From contig OZ286470.1 in NCBI GenBank assembly GCA_965644265.1, positions 62,434,001 through 62,498,000 of the forward strand: 64,000 nucleotides of DNA, read 5' to 3'. Origin of the DNA: Glycera tridactyla. Its lineage: Eukaryota. The notes below the pieces were generated by a model. The model saw only the letters and a list, made by a program, of their open reading frames with translations, was not told the DNA's origin and did not search any database. Made by a program: the position numbers and the translations under genes. Positions 40,612 to 54,488 of the stretch are shown in pieces (position 1 is the first letter of the stretch; each line of letters starts with the position of its first letter).

Positions 40612-40771
40612 CAGTCAAACCTTTCTATAAAAACCACCTTTGGTCACATAAAAAAGTGGCTTTATAGGGAGGTGGTCTTTATAGAGAGGTCATTCACTGT
40701 TGAAATTACTACCATGGTCGCATCTCAGGGTGGCCTTTATAGAGAGGTGACCTTTAGAGGAAGTTTGACTG
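40612..40771. mobile_element. MITE, subfamily A
   Basis: cagtcaaacctttctataaaaaccacc ... gaagtttgactg|TA; same internal layout as 58323-58482. Confidence 0.8.
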
Positions 40772-41307
40772 TAGTTCCCAGCCATCTATGATTGAACTTC
40801 CCACCCATGAATGCTCCCTCAACATTTTACTATAGTTACTACTTCAAGTACAATATGCACTAAAATATTCATAGACACAAAGCTGATGGGCAAACATATT
40901 TATTATGCCAGACCACCATAGATAGATGATCAACAGAGTTATAATATTGACATCAATCTCCATATGGCTGGATTTACAATCACGCTATAGTAAAAAGCTT
41001 CTTTTCTTCTCCATGCTCCTCCATGGGGGAAGTTCCCAGGCAGCAGAGCGATATTCTTCTGCCAATAGTCTCTCTTTAATGAGGAAGAATTGAAAAGTAC
41101 TGTGAAATAATACAAAGAAAATGAAGAATTACACTTTTAAAAATTCTTTTTTAGTCCAAGATTGGTCTAGACTATATGTATCAGAATTGAACATAGATGA
41201 TCCTGCCTGGGTTGAAGAGACGTTGAACACTACTCATTCAATCAATTCTTCTCGAACATCAAGAAACCACCCTAAATGTTACCAAGAATCATTATTTCAA
41301 ACTAGGT

Positions 41308-41446
41308 GGTCTCTCATTGAGGTTAAATTACTAGCGAGGCAGCCCAGAGAAAGCAGTCCCCAGTTATAGATGGTCTCTCACTAGAGGTTGAATGACTAGC
41401 GAGGCAGCCCAGAGAAAGCAGTCCCCAGTTATAGATGGTCTCTTCT
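41308..41446. repeat. 65-bp tandem duplication in MITE-like sequence
   Basis: ctagcgaggcagcccagagaaagcagtccccagttatagatggtctct at 41331 and 41396; preceded by aggtggtctctcattgagg. Confidence 0.85.
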
Positions 41447-42782
41447 CAGCTCATCTCTCATTGCAGGTCTCACTCCACAGCAATGATGCAGCTACAAAAC
41501 TACCATCAAACCCGCCCAAGAAACCAGCTATAAACCCGCTCAAGAAACCAGCTATATACAAAGTCCACCTGCCTACAACAGTCTATGTAATCAGACTTGC
41601 CCTTTTTGTATGTAAACCTGCAAGACTCATCCCTGATTTTGACAACGTGTGATTTCAGGTTAAAACTTCTGATTGCCTTGGTTGCCATGGCAACCATACT
41701 CTGGACTGATGTGATAAACTCGGATGAAATGGAAGTCTTCATCCTGGATCATAACGTGTTAGCAAAAGTTTTATGTCATAGATGGGCTTTCACACCCCCA
41801 AAATGGAATACATATTGATAGGCAAGATCGGGTAGGGTATACCATGGTTTTCATCAACAACATGAGAAGTTTTTCCGCGGCACTCGACATTGTCAAATAT
41901 AACTCAAACCGGAGACCAACTCTTCTGAGAGACTTTTTATCAGGTGATTTTCAGTGTAGTGTCCCATTGAATGTTCCACAGTAATATTCTATCAGTAGAT
42001 GCATGCTAGTCCTTGTAATAATTTCCACATTAATTTTGATGCAAAATTTATTCTTGGCGAGCAGCCAATTTTCCTTCAAGAACCTTCTGACTCAGATTTA
42101 CCATTTGTGCGCATTTATCTGTCCAAAGCAAATTTTTGCCCCACCCTTGGGTGGCTGTTTAGAACAGGTTCAACTGAATATCTCTTATATGAAGCCAGAA
42201 TAAAGGACAGCTGTGTACACTATCACTACATTGTCAGCATGCACCTCAAGTCATTACACATACGAGCATATTCTACAATTCAGTAAGTTGCACAGATAGG
42301 GTAAATATGATGTCAAAATTGGTGAGCCTTCACCTGTGTGCTGTAGACGTCATATGATCCCTGGCATGACACAACCAGGCATACAATATTTAATCTCTAA
42401 CTCAAGTGTTTACCTGTGTCACATTTGGTACAATGTGTAAGGGCCACTGGTGGAAGGCATAACAGAGGCAACACGGCTGTGCATATGAATACACTAGAAA
42501 TCTAATTGAAATGAGTCTCAAGTGGGCTTCCTGCCATCATGTGTGTTTGCCACTTGAAAGGCCATAACCCATATTGTAGTGCCCGGTGAGTGGGGACCGG
42601 GAAGGGGGCAAGTCAATGGCTCTCCAACTAGCAACTCTTGCACCACCTGTCTATGGGACGTTCTGTTGTCACTCCCACATTTGACTGAAACATAATCTGA
42701 AAATGGGAATTCCATAGTTGTGAGTGGAAAATAGTCAGGATTACTGACTATCCTATAATGAGGCACTTCCATCAAACTTTCA

Positions 42783-42923
42783 NNNNNNNNNNNNNNNNNN
42801 NNNNNNNNNNNNNNNNNNNNNNNNNNNNNNNNNNNNNNNNNNNNNNNNNNNNNNNNNNNNNNNNNNNNNNNNNNNNNNNNNNNNNNNNNNNNNNNNNNNN
42901 NNNNNNNNNNNNNNNNNNNNNNN
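42783..42923. other. Assembly gap (141 N)
   Basis: N-run. Confidence 0.99.
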
Positions 42924-43170
42924 ATGAGGAGGAGGATGAGAAGAAGGAGAAGTGGAAGAGGAAGAAGATGGTGATGAAGAAGAAGATGAAAAGAAAGTTA
43001 TGACTGAAAAAATCAGCAATATTGAAGATGCTAACACCAATGATAGCAACAGTAACAATATCAAAACAAAGATGAACCAACAATACCAAAAACAACAACC
43101 GCAACAGTGAGATAATGCAGAAGATAACGAAAATAAAAAATACAATTCCAACAATAAAGACAAGGGGCAA
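42924..43170. repeat. Degenerate (GAR)n/(AAC)n trinucleotide tract next to a gap
   Basis: gaggag/gaagaa/aacaac triplets, with stops in the plus-strand frames examined. Confidence 0.8.
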
Positions 43171-45081
43171 TAGAAGCAGCATGCATGATAGTAGATGGCA
43201 AGCCAGTAGAGAAAACAATGTGGCACAGAGGAAAATGATGAAGAGGTGTAGGAGGAGACTGAAAGCATGATTAGCGGCAACATCAGCCAGATACCTCACA
43301 ACAACAACACTGAAGGCGAGAGCAACTACTCAACAGCATGGAAACATCTCGGGTTATTTCAGTCAGAGTAATCAAACTAATCCAGTTTAGTGAATACACA
43401 TGATGAGTAAGTTGTTGGATTAGGAGGATGTGTGGAAACAGTGGATGTATGTGTGTGAGAGGTGCGATCCCAGGATGGTGAATAGGTCGACTCAACCTGC
43501 CCTCTAAGCTCAACGATAAACAATGATTGTGTCATACACTCCTGCAATTAGATCATGCTTGATGCTGCCACCTGACTGACCCGGCTGTAGTGAATTGCTC
43601 ACTGTCCATCTGTATGCCTATTACATTCACTGTGAATTCCTGTCCATTATTCACAGTGAGTTCCTCACTCTGCATCAAATACCTCCTGTTCACTATTTAT
43701 TTCCCACTTTTCATTGAATGATACTAGCAAATGTTGAAAGGCAATCATGTCATATGACTATGAAATCATCAACTCCAAAAACATCAGTTCCAACATACAA
43801 TGAATTTCTCACCATTTATTGAGTAATCTTACCAAACTCTAACCTACTAACATTCTAAAAACAAAGTCTAATTTTTGCAAGAAAAAACTCACATGAATAC
43901 CTGATCTCATATTTTCTGTCAGATTCAATTGAAATCTAAATTTCCATGAATTCTTTGGAATCCATAAATATTTTATTGGAACTTGCATAAGTAACTTTCA
44001 CAGCTCAGGGATGTAAGCCTCAAACCAATATCTCAGACAGGACCAGCATCTAACAAAATAATGAGATACATCCTGAGCTGTGCCTCTGGTCTGGACTTTT
44101 CAAATTCTTCTGCTTTATTACCCACATACCACCATCCTGCCTCATGTGGGGCAGGAATGAAAACCCACATGTCATATTTTATTACTCACTTACACAAGAT
44201 AAATCACAGGGAAACAGGTAATTAGGGTATAATCACCACTGTGGGACATTCAATAAAAGCTCACAATGCACATTTCACTGAAAGATATGTTCAAGCAAAA
44301 ATCTGCGGGTCGGTGCTATTTTGAGCCATGGAAGGGGGCTACATCAGACATCCATCCCGGGCATCCAGGCATTTTACAGTAGTCCTGCAGTCAGTTGGCC
44401 AGATGGCTTCCACACCAAATAGCCCCAGGTTATTTGCATATCATTAAAGATGAAATGCCATCATTGTGAAAAAAAAGAAGATAATTTCTTGATTCAGGTC
44501 AGGATGTCATGTTTTAGACCTATCAGTATTCCTTCCCCATGTAATCAATGTGTCATTGAGCTCAAGAATTTATCGTTCACATCTGTACCTTGATTGAATA
44601 ATTAAGACAAAACTGCGGAATCTTGTAATAATTTTCCTGCAGATGAAACCACATGAAACCAGCATGCATTCATTTACAACACAATGCGGGGTAATGAATT
44701 AGAGTGCATTAAAACCCCTGATTAGGGACCCCCGTCAAAGAATCACCTGCTTAGTGGGACCAATTTTCAGCTTCCTCTTCCTATTAAACATAATTAGATA
44801 TAGTTAAACCTACAATCAGCTGAGCATTGCAAGTTCACAAAAAGAATTGTCTCTCAAGAGAGGTGATCTCGGGCATATTTTCAGCTTCCGTATTCTTCAC
44901 ACATAAGATACAGTGGAAATATTAGATAGCAAGCATTGTAAATTCAGGAGGGAAAAAACAGGTTTCTCAAGACAGGTGGCCTTTCATCAGAGGTTTATTT
45001 GTAGAGATATGATGGAGAACAGTCTATGTCCATGTTACATCCTGACTGGAATTGTGGTCTGAAGATCAGCTCCATGTTGTA

Positions 45082-45250
45082 CAGTCAGACCTGTCCCTGA
45101 AGGCCGATCCTGGTAGCATCCAAAAATGGTCTTGGTAGAGAGGTGGCCTTTATGGAGCGCATGTTTACTCATCTGAACACTTTCTAGGTCACAGCTCTGG
45201 GTGGCCTTCGTAGGCAGGTGGTCTCTGTATAGAGGTGGTCTCTATTGTTT
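45082..45250. mobile_element. MITE, diverged subfamily A copy
   Basis: TA|cagtcagacctgtcc left end; internal gagaggtggcctttat and gcaggtggtctct motifs. Confidence 0.65.
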
Positions 45251-45747
45251 AAGTGGCAACCTGTGTCACAGAACCAGGTGGTGGTGGTTTCTTTACAAAG
45301 GCTATATGGTACATGAATCATCATCATTAGCTATAGTACATACATGGTGGACCCCCATTGGGGAAGTGAGGGGGCTTGGGTAGCTAGGGGCAGGTGGTAG
45401 CTAAGCTTGTATATAAGCTCCCTGGGGAGGGGGGGGGGGGGGCAATGTGACCAGGGTGCTCTAAATTGGCATAAGCACCTCTAGTGGTATTGAGAGGTAC
45501 TTCAGAGAATTGTAGACATCCTGAGACTCCATGAATTTGACTCCACCATATTTCTGAATGCCAGACAATCTCAATGACTTCGGTCTCATTGTGTCCCATC
45601 ACAAATTGTTCTTCATCACCTTCATGAACCACTCTTGACTGGATACCGTCTAGAACAACACAACTACCCCTCTTAACCATACACTCGCTAGAATGCAATT
45701 TGTCATGTGAGTCAAAGATGAGGGCATCGTGGATGACTGTGAGTATC

Positions 45748-45850
45748 ACAACCACCACCACTTCTGCTACTGCTGCCTGCCACTGCCGCTGTCACCGCCA
45801 CCATCACCACCACACCACCAAAGCCACCGTTACCTTCACCACCACCACCT
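45748..45850. repeat. Degenerate (CAC)n/(CTG)n tract
   Basis: Direct reading. Confidence 0.75.
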
Positions 45851-48364
45851 CACAGGTCTCACAATTGCAACCTGTAGCCCAGCTACAATTCATTTGAAGT
45901 TGAGAGCATCCTAGATCCAGAAACCATGAGATTACCAAATTTAAATCCTACCAACTGGTAACCGAAGTTCACATCCAGCTCCTAGAAGGTGACTGTGTTT
46001 GGCTCACAAATATAATGGTCAATGACCAGAATATAACGGCCAATGACCAGAATATGATTGCCAATGACCAGCCCTGCTTCCCCCTCATTATTCCATTATC
46101 TGTTCATGATACAAGTCTTCCATAGCAGTATGTACGTCTTGATATAGGATTTGCAGTACTAACATGATTGAAAGTGACTGACCAACCATGTTATCATTCA
46201 ATTAATTGATTAACCAACCTGCTCATCAACTAGTATAACAACACTACCCCCTGCACCAATGTGTCTGAAACATCATCTACTTTCATCTGACAGCCTTTCC
46301 GCCTCCCAATAAGTTTGTGTTCAGGGTGTTTGAGAGTGATGCATGCAGGGGACAGAGCATCTAGATCTTAAAGATCAGGATTTGGATTACATGACATACA
46401 TTATTCTTCAGGATGAAATCCTTGAATTCCAACTAAGCTACCAACCACCAACGCCTGACCAAGCGCAGGCTTAGTGAACTGATCACAGCAGAATGAACAG
46501 ACCCTAGGGTCTGAATACATGACTATTTTGTTGGATACATTTTTCTGTAATATTGCTGCTTTCACCAAATAAAGTTATTTGTCATCATCATTGTCATTGT
46601 CATTGTCATCACAATGGCCAAAATAAACTGATATAGTGGAATTAGGCCATGTGAATCAGTAACATGTTCACAGGGTAACACCATGGTCACCATTTGTAAT
46701 AACAGAAGGGACACCTTGTGTGTCTGGGAATTTCCTAAATGTTCACTTTCTGTTGGTGACCTGGAAGGAGGAGTCTTGAATAATTCCACCCATGCCCACT
46801 GCATGGACATCACAAAATAGTACAAATGGAGCTGACATGACATTGAACCATAACCAACCAACGCTCCACCGATGAGGAGTGTGTGCATCCAAACATGATG
46901 TAAGTACTCACATTGATCTTGTTTCAAGTTTTCTTTCCTCCACGAAGCATCCTTATCTTGGCCAAATGATGCACAGATGAAATGATAAAAAAAATGATTC
47001 ATTTATCTGGATCACAGGATCATTGGAATGTTGTGAATTTGATAGGATTTACAGAAATGGAACACCTATCACATTCTGTGCTCCCTCAATCTTTCAAGTC
47101 ACCTTCTAGTGAACACCTCTTTAAAATTCAAGCTAACGGTAATGAAGTTGTAACATGATCTTATTTGGTTTTCACACCCATGGAGAAGGTTATTTCTTGA
47201 GTCTCTACACAAATTGTGTCAAAATTGCTTTTGTATTGGATGATTGGAAGCCCATTACTTTGCTCAGAGTTGGTCTTCCCATCTGTAGAGAGCAAAAGTT
47301 GAGAAGTATCAGCACCATAATGATTGTTATCCATTGTGAGTTGCCATCTTGCTAGAGTGAGCTGTGACTCAACAGAATACGAATGGTGTCGGATGTATAA
47401 AGGAAGGTGGATGTGTCCAGGAAAGACACTTGTGTAACATCTCCCTGCCCAGATGGCCACATTGTCCACGAGTCTCACAGTGTCACCCATGCGTGAAATA
47501 CGTGGAGACGGATCACACTGGGTAATGACAGAGACCATTGTAAGAGAATGTAACAAAGATGGGTGTGCAGCAACTGGAGAAGGTGCATTTAATTCGAGAC
47601 AACAGGTGGTTTGATGTAAATGGGGATGTATTCGCAGTTATTCAGTGAAATGTTGTGAAAAAACAAACCGCAAGTCCGTTCATAAATCAGCAATGAGGGA
47701 GACGTGTCAAGAGCTGTCACCGCAACATTCAAAGCAAATGCCCATGCTCATTATAAACCTGCAGACTATGACATAAAAATCCAGGGTTCCTGTACTTTAA
47801 CTAATGACATTCGGCAGATCGGAGTATAAATTGCATCATTAATAATCATCCTCTATCAGTGGTGGATGCACAATTGTGGCAAATCTTCTAGATGAGGGTA
47901 CCAGAAGACTGTCACTGAATAATTAGCTTCATTAAGAGGAATTCTAGAAGAGTGAAAGCAATGATGCGAAATCTGATATACAAGTTCCTGGATGTTCAAT
48001 TTCACATGTTTATCCTTTTCAACTGTCTGCCATTAACCTTATCTGACTCACTGCACAAGTCTTCCATAGCATCTCGTGATGAATGCCCTGACATCCCACA
48101 ACAGTCTTAACAAAAAATCTTTTCCAGCCAGTCTCCCATCAGGAGAACAAACTGGGAGAACACTCTTGTGAAAATAAATTCACTCTCCCAAACTTGTGCA
48201 AGGTCACAAAGGAAATCAATTTGGGCATGAATTCCAACTTATCTGTCATGTGAGTAACTACCCTAATACCATTGACCCAAATTGTGATTAGGTTTGTTCA
48301 CCAGAATTATACATATGCATGAAATTTCTTGTGTTCTATCTTCACATAAAATTCATTACTTTCT

Positions 48365-48470
48365 CATCAACTGATAAATTTACACTCTCCCATTGGGAGG
48401 TTGGGTTTGGTCTTTTCACTCTCCCAAAACCCTATTCACTCGCCTTGGAATTCAGGAGTGACTAAGTTTG
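48365..48470 (+). repeat. Interspersed repeat family with cactctccca motifs (copy 1)
   Basis: Similar to the reverse complement of 52935-53050 and to 62060-62130. Confidence 0.6.
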
Positions 48471-51400
48471 GAGATTGTCATAATTTTGCCCATCTATGGA
48501 TGGAGGGCCCTGCTTGCAGTGATTATCACACCCAACTCTCCAGATGGTAATTGAAATGATGGGATAGATATGGAGCTTTATCTCACAATCACTGGATCAT
48601 TCCTCGATTGGAAATCACTATTTGGCTGCAGTGGAGCAGAACAGACAACCAATCAATCCGTGTCAAACTCATGCACAGCGTGCCAGCTGGTACCAAAATT
48701 GGCTACTTCCATTTGCTCGCATTGGTCTTTGCAACACCAAGAGCCATTGTCAGAAGTACCCGTGTTCATCATATTTACAAGTACAATATCTTCTTGAGAG
48801 CCTAAAATTAGGCCTCAACACTGAACTCTCAGAATATCAATAAAGAATGAAAACAAAAACAAAAATAGTGTTACACATCAGTGCAAAAGTTGGAATATCC
48901 AATGTTCATTGATAGGACAAACAAGAAATCAGAAAGAGTAGAATACATGTCAGGATGCTCTTTGTGCTCCCATCATTCTTGTTCAACTCTTTGTATCCTT
49001 ATACTGCATGAATATGACAAGTATAATCACAGAGGAAATGCACACCCTCTATACACCACCTGGTACTAGGAAGGATTAGCCAATTCCCAGCCACAATAAT
49101 ATGACGTTGCATGTAACATTTAGCATTAGTTATTCTAGTTCCTTTCCCATTGATAAATGTATCAAAATTCTGTATACCATTCATGTGAAAAAGTTTTCCA
49201 TTCATAGATCAGTTATCAATATCTATAGACTATTCAAATGGAGAAGCTCATCTCTCATTGAAAATGCATCTCTCCAATTGATCAATGCATCAAAATTACA
49301 AATGATATCCATGTGAAATTTGATGTACTCCACTCATGACGGCACTCAAATCAAACATAATGTCATGGATTTCACAAGTAGGGAAAATTTATGGACCCTA
49401 TGGGTACATTGAATCTGCACTCATCTGGTTAAAGAAATTGACAAGTCCTCAGCGAAAATGGCTAAAAGAAATTCAGAGTGAAGCAAATGATGACAGGGAC
49501 TGTTTCCTCTCTGAGATTTCATGTAGTCATAAATAACCGGTGATTTATTGATATTTCGAGGCTGCAAAACATATCTCCTATATCTGGAACTCAACATCTG
49601 GAAGTTCAAAACAATAGTCATGGCAAAACTGAAGTCTTGTAACAATGCCCAAGGCTGGAATTCAGTCAGAAATCGAATGGCTGCTTTCACCAAATTTGCT
49701 GAAGGAATGATTGATCTAGTGCCAACGCAGGTTTTCAAGTGCTGTTTCACATGTTTATATATCCCCAAACCATGGCATCACATGAAAGTATGCTGAAACC
49801 ATGTGCCTTTTTGGACATCATATATGGCAGTATGTGCCTTTTCCCAAATAAATGAGCCACAGTGCACAGGGACAGGGGTAGGGATATGCCTCATATTGCT
49901 CAGTAGTTACCTGAAATCATCTGCGGTAAGCTGTGATGACCATCAATTTTTTCCATAATACTTTCCTATCATTCCATAATTAATTAATATAGCTCTATAT
50001 TGGGAAACGTATCTGCAATGAATATGAAGTTGCTTGCTCATCACATGTTCTACTATACTGCTATTTAAAAGCAATCATCAGCCAAAAATCTTGCATGGAA
50101 GTCAGTTGGATGCAGAAGAAGGAAAGGAAAGCCCAGAGAGATATCCCAGTTTCAAGTTAAGTCCAGGGCTCCACGCTGAGGCTTGTCCTACTGGCAGTGA
50201 CAGGCAGATAATTTGTTAAGGCAGGGAACTTTCAAAAGCTGCCAGCCCAATGGGTAGGTACATAACCATTATTTAGTCCTAACAGAAAGACACGTGAACA
50301 ATGTGAATTGCAAAACTCTTAAGTCTGTATGATGCTGTGGATCAATGTGCATCTATAATAGGGAAGAGGCCCATAAATCTTCCAACAGTGTGCCCAGGAG
50401 AACACAGTCATTTCCAAATTCCACTACATTTCGCCATATATATTGGCACATGAAATGATAAGGATCTGTAATTTGAAATCACCCTATATAACATGAAGTT
50501 GTATTACAACACGTGTATTACAGGTATACAACTTCACAAATATCGAATTCAACCACAATAGCATGAGAGAATTTGAAAGCAAATTCTCCCAAAAGCATTG
50601 ATGATATCAAGCTTCAGTGTCAGACTCCAGTCAGATTTTGAGTTATGCCAACAGCACTCTCATTTGTCATTTGACACACATTTAAAGGTGTGTCTGAACT
50701 GTCAGCTCCCTCTATATAAAATGATTGTGGTTCCTCATGATCATGTGTTCAGGCTTTGTGCGGGTGATGCCTGTAGAGGACACAGCATTCCAAGATCAGG
50801 AACACGGATTCACAATCTTTGAGATGATACTTGGTGTTAGACTCTAATCAATCAATCCATCCATCAATGATCCCCCATGACAGCATGAAATCAATGTGAC
50901 ACTACCATCCCATTGTATATTTACCCTTCAATGGTTGCATGCATGGCTACATTGCCTGCACCCCTCATCAACCAGTTATACCCTGTGAAATAAAAGGGGA
51001 AAATGAACCATGTCATCACTGCTATTTTCCATATCCATGTAAGTAGAAACATCTCCACATGTGCTGGCCTGTGGTACATGATTACAATAGGATTAAAATT
51101 TGCGCACAATAGAGAGAGTGTGTCCGCCCATTAACGACCCATTAACAGCAGATGATATGGAAGAAATTGAGACCTATGATTTCCCACTAATAATGACTTC
51201 TACCTCAATGCTGGCTGGTTCCAGTCAAGGTTGACTAACTTTCATGACTGACATGATACGTATGACTGACTGCAGGCCCATATGCATGCTTGCATCTCGC
51301 TTTATGGAGCTAAAAGGGGGGTGGGGAGCATGTATTATTTTCACTGACACTCGCCTCACACCTGGACGCAATTAAGATGTCAGTATTTATGGTAACAGTA

Positions 51401-51907
51401 CATGACTCCATGATGAGTACACACGTACACACACCCAACTGATGCAATATCTATACAGATCACACACACATTTACAGTTATGTTTTTTTTCTTCACCACT
51501 GAGAGTATTTTTTTCTAAATTATAAACATCCAATTAATCTGTGCAATTAACTTTGGTTTGACACTTCTCAACAAAAACAACCTCACTGATTGGCAGACAT
51601 GAAAAATGAGGAAGTGGCTATGTTTCATCTTTTATTTCAATAATGTGTCTGCCTAATAGAGATAGTAATTTATTCAGGAGCAACATTCACAATTGCTTCA
51701 ATGTGCTGCAAAATGTAGGGACATAAAAGAATGAATTGCTAAATGAACACATGGTTTTACCTATTCCTTCCCAACCAGCTTGAATTTCACATTATCACCC
51801 CTAAAACATTTCGGACCCTGCCTGGACCATTCACAAATTTAATAGTTTATTTCTCAAAGGCATTTTCCCTGGAATTTCACAGATTATTCCTAGTTTACTT
51901 CCTTCCG

Positions 51908-51981
51908 TCTGTCTGTCTGTCTGTCCATCCGCCCATCCATCCATCCATGAATCTGTCAACTCTGTCTGTCTGTCTGTCTGT
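51908..51981. repeat. Compound (TCTG)n/(TCCA)n microsatellite
   Basis: Direct reading. Confidence 0.85.
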
Positions 51982-52934
51982 CCCTCTCTTCTTCTTTTCT
52001 TCTCTTCTTCTCTGCCCCCCAACCCCCCACAGCTTGAAGGGTTCCCCACATCTTTGAATCAATGCATGCGAAGCACACAATAACAAGATATACAAGATAA
52101 GACCAGTGAAATCATGCATATGTATATACAACACATGTAGTGTGCAGATACATCTGTCTGATAAAAACGCATCCCCATGTAAGGGTGTAGGGACTGAATT
52201 GGTTGTAACAGTAAATACGAGAGTTTCCATAATGGAGCCAATTGATGGAGGCTGCCAACCACTTATGAGATGCTATACTCCGCAATTATACATGCTTCAC
52301 TTCTCCAAACACATCACCTTTACAACCGACTTCACAAACCTCCACACATCTCCAACACAGCAATTCATCTCATATTTTGCAGGGTTCCACCATCAACTGA
52401 TCTCAGACAACTCCTTAGATGCTGGGGAAATTTATCTTTTAAAATTATGGATCTTATATCTGTCATTGACAACTAGAAATGATATAAGTGTCGTTTCTGC
52501 TCATAGTTGAATGCACAAAGAAATTTGACTTTCTGTACAATATTCTTTCAGCAGAAATGAATCATTGATTTGAAAAACTTGAACTTGTAAGCTGCAAATC
52601 AGTAGATTCTTGGATACATCACTGTCTATTGAATTACCAGCTAATCAGAAATTGTTCATAGGATGAATTTGCATTCGCATGTGCATTGCATTTGCTGATG
52701 AAAAGCTAAAGAAGGAATGAAGACCACTCTTTGCGAAAGCTTCTCCGTTTTCAAGTTTACTTTGAGTGTAATGAATGTTTTCCATTAAGATGTCCATATG
52801 TTGTTCATTTATGGTGAATGTAAAGAAATGATATTTGCAGTCTGTTTGAGTTGAGCCTATGAGATGAGCATGTGGCAGTTTACCTCTTGTTTATTTAGGA
52901 CGGAACCTGTCAGGAGCAAGCCTCTGATGGGCAA

Positions 52935-53050
52935 CCAAATCTCCCAAATCCTGGGGAGAGTGAATTTGGTTTTGGGAGAGTGGAGAGACAAAACCCACTC
53001 TCCTGATGGGAGAGTACATTTTTCAATTGATCAGAAAGTGATTAAATTAG
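52935..53050 (-). repeat. Interspersed repeat family with cactctccca motifs (copy 2, inverted)
   Basis: Reverse complement tcactttctgatcaa...tactctcccatcaggag...ccactctcccaaaaccaaattcactctcc matches 48365-48470 and 62060-62130. Confidence 0.6.
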
Positions 53051-54354
53051 TGTGAAGACAGACCACCATAGTTTTGACTCCTCCAACATTAAACCCCTAT
53101 TTCCTGCAAGATGATTTTGCATATACCTGCATACGTTTGATTCTGAAGAGCTGCCAGCAAAAAATGGGTTGGTGTTATTTAGGTAGTCACTCACATGATG
53201 GATAAGTTGTAATTTCACGTATTGGTCAGGTGTTCACTCACACAAATGTCTTGCTCTCAGGTTTAGGCTTGTTCCACTTTCCAAAGAAATTCAGGAGAGT
53301 GAATATATTTTCGGCAGAGTGATTTTTTCAGTCTGCTCTCCCGATGGGTAGATGGTATCTGCTCATCACAGGTTCTTCTGTATCTAAAGATGGCACTGTT
53401 TCCCTCCCCACCTTTCTTGGCAATCCAGGAACAGAAACAAAAACATGAAGAAAAACCATCCACAAAGACATCTTTAGCTGCACTAGCAGTTTTTCATAGC
53501 TAACACCATACACATCTTGTGAGTGTGGTTGCACATAGTTCTCAGCAGTAGAGTGAATCAGTTTTTATCAAATAGTTTCTCATTAGATACATGCAGTCTA
53601 CGGACATAACATGGGTGTCACGTCATTAAACGTATGACATGTTACAATAGGCTCATGTAAGTGACATGGAATAAGGGTGATCATATGTTGACAGATGAGA
53701 ACAGAGGGGCCCCCTGCAGGTAGTTATAATTACATGCTTCATAACGGCAGAACGCATGTAATAACGTTTTATTGACGGTCATAACAGATGCCAACATGGA
53801 ACATTCTGTGGTCAGATTCTTCCACATTTCACCCATACGCACTGCCAATAAACACGCCAGCAAGTAGAGAAGGTAGAGTTCCCAAACATCTAAGATTGGA
53901 AAAAATGAATATCTGCCGATAAAAATGGGTCCATTTCTTCTGAATCATAACATGAATATGGTTCAGATGTGGGTCCTGAGATGCAAACACTGGAAGTAAC
54001 TGGGAATCATACCAAACTTTCAAGGTAAGTAGGTGAACAAGAAAACACCAAGAATGAATAAGTTATCTTGTAGATCATATAAGTCTGTTTCTTCAAGCCT
54101 ACACTCAAAATGTAATTCTTCACAAACTAGAATGACAAATAGTAGAACCTTGAGCAAGTTTGCACCTGTGAATTTGATGATGATGTGGAAATCATAGTAA
54201 TGACTGCCTGCGAAGGCAAGCCACGATAAAAGGGACTTCAAGATGGCTGAGACATGACATAAAAGAGAATCCAGTATGTCCGAAACAGCATTTCGGTCTA
54301 TGTGACATTTTACAAACTCTCAGTCTTTCCTGGGCCATCTACCTTTTCTTGAGG

Positions 54355-54488
54355 NNNNNNNNNNNNNNNNNNNNNNNNNNNNNNNNNNNNNNNNNNNNNN
54401 NNNNNNNNNNNNNNNNNNNNNNNNNNNNNNNNNNNNNNNNNNNNNNNNNNNNNNNNNNNNNNNNNNNNNNNNNNNNNNNNNNNNNNNN
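54355..54488. other. Assembly gap (134 N)
   Basis: N-run. Confidence 0.99.

Noticed and set aside
42772-43299. Long hydrophobic and acidic ORFs around the gap
   Set aside because: Produced by degenerate trinucleotide repeats and N-runs.
43470-43525. ggtcgactcaacct, resembling a MetaSINE-type central domain
   Set aside because: Match is only about 12 nt, with no Pol III boxes nearby.
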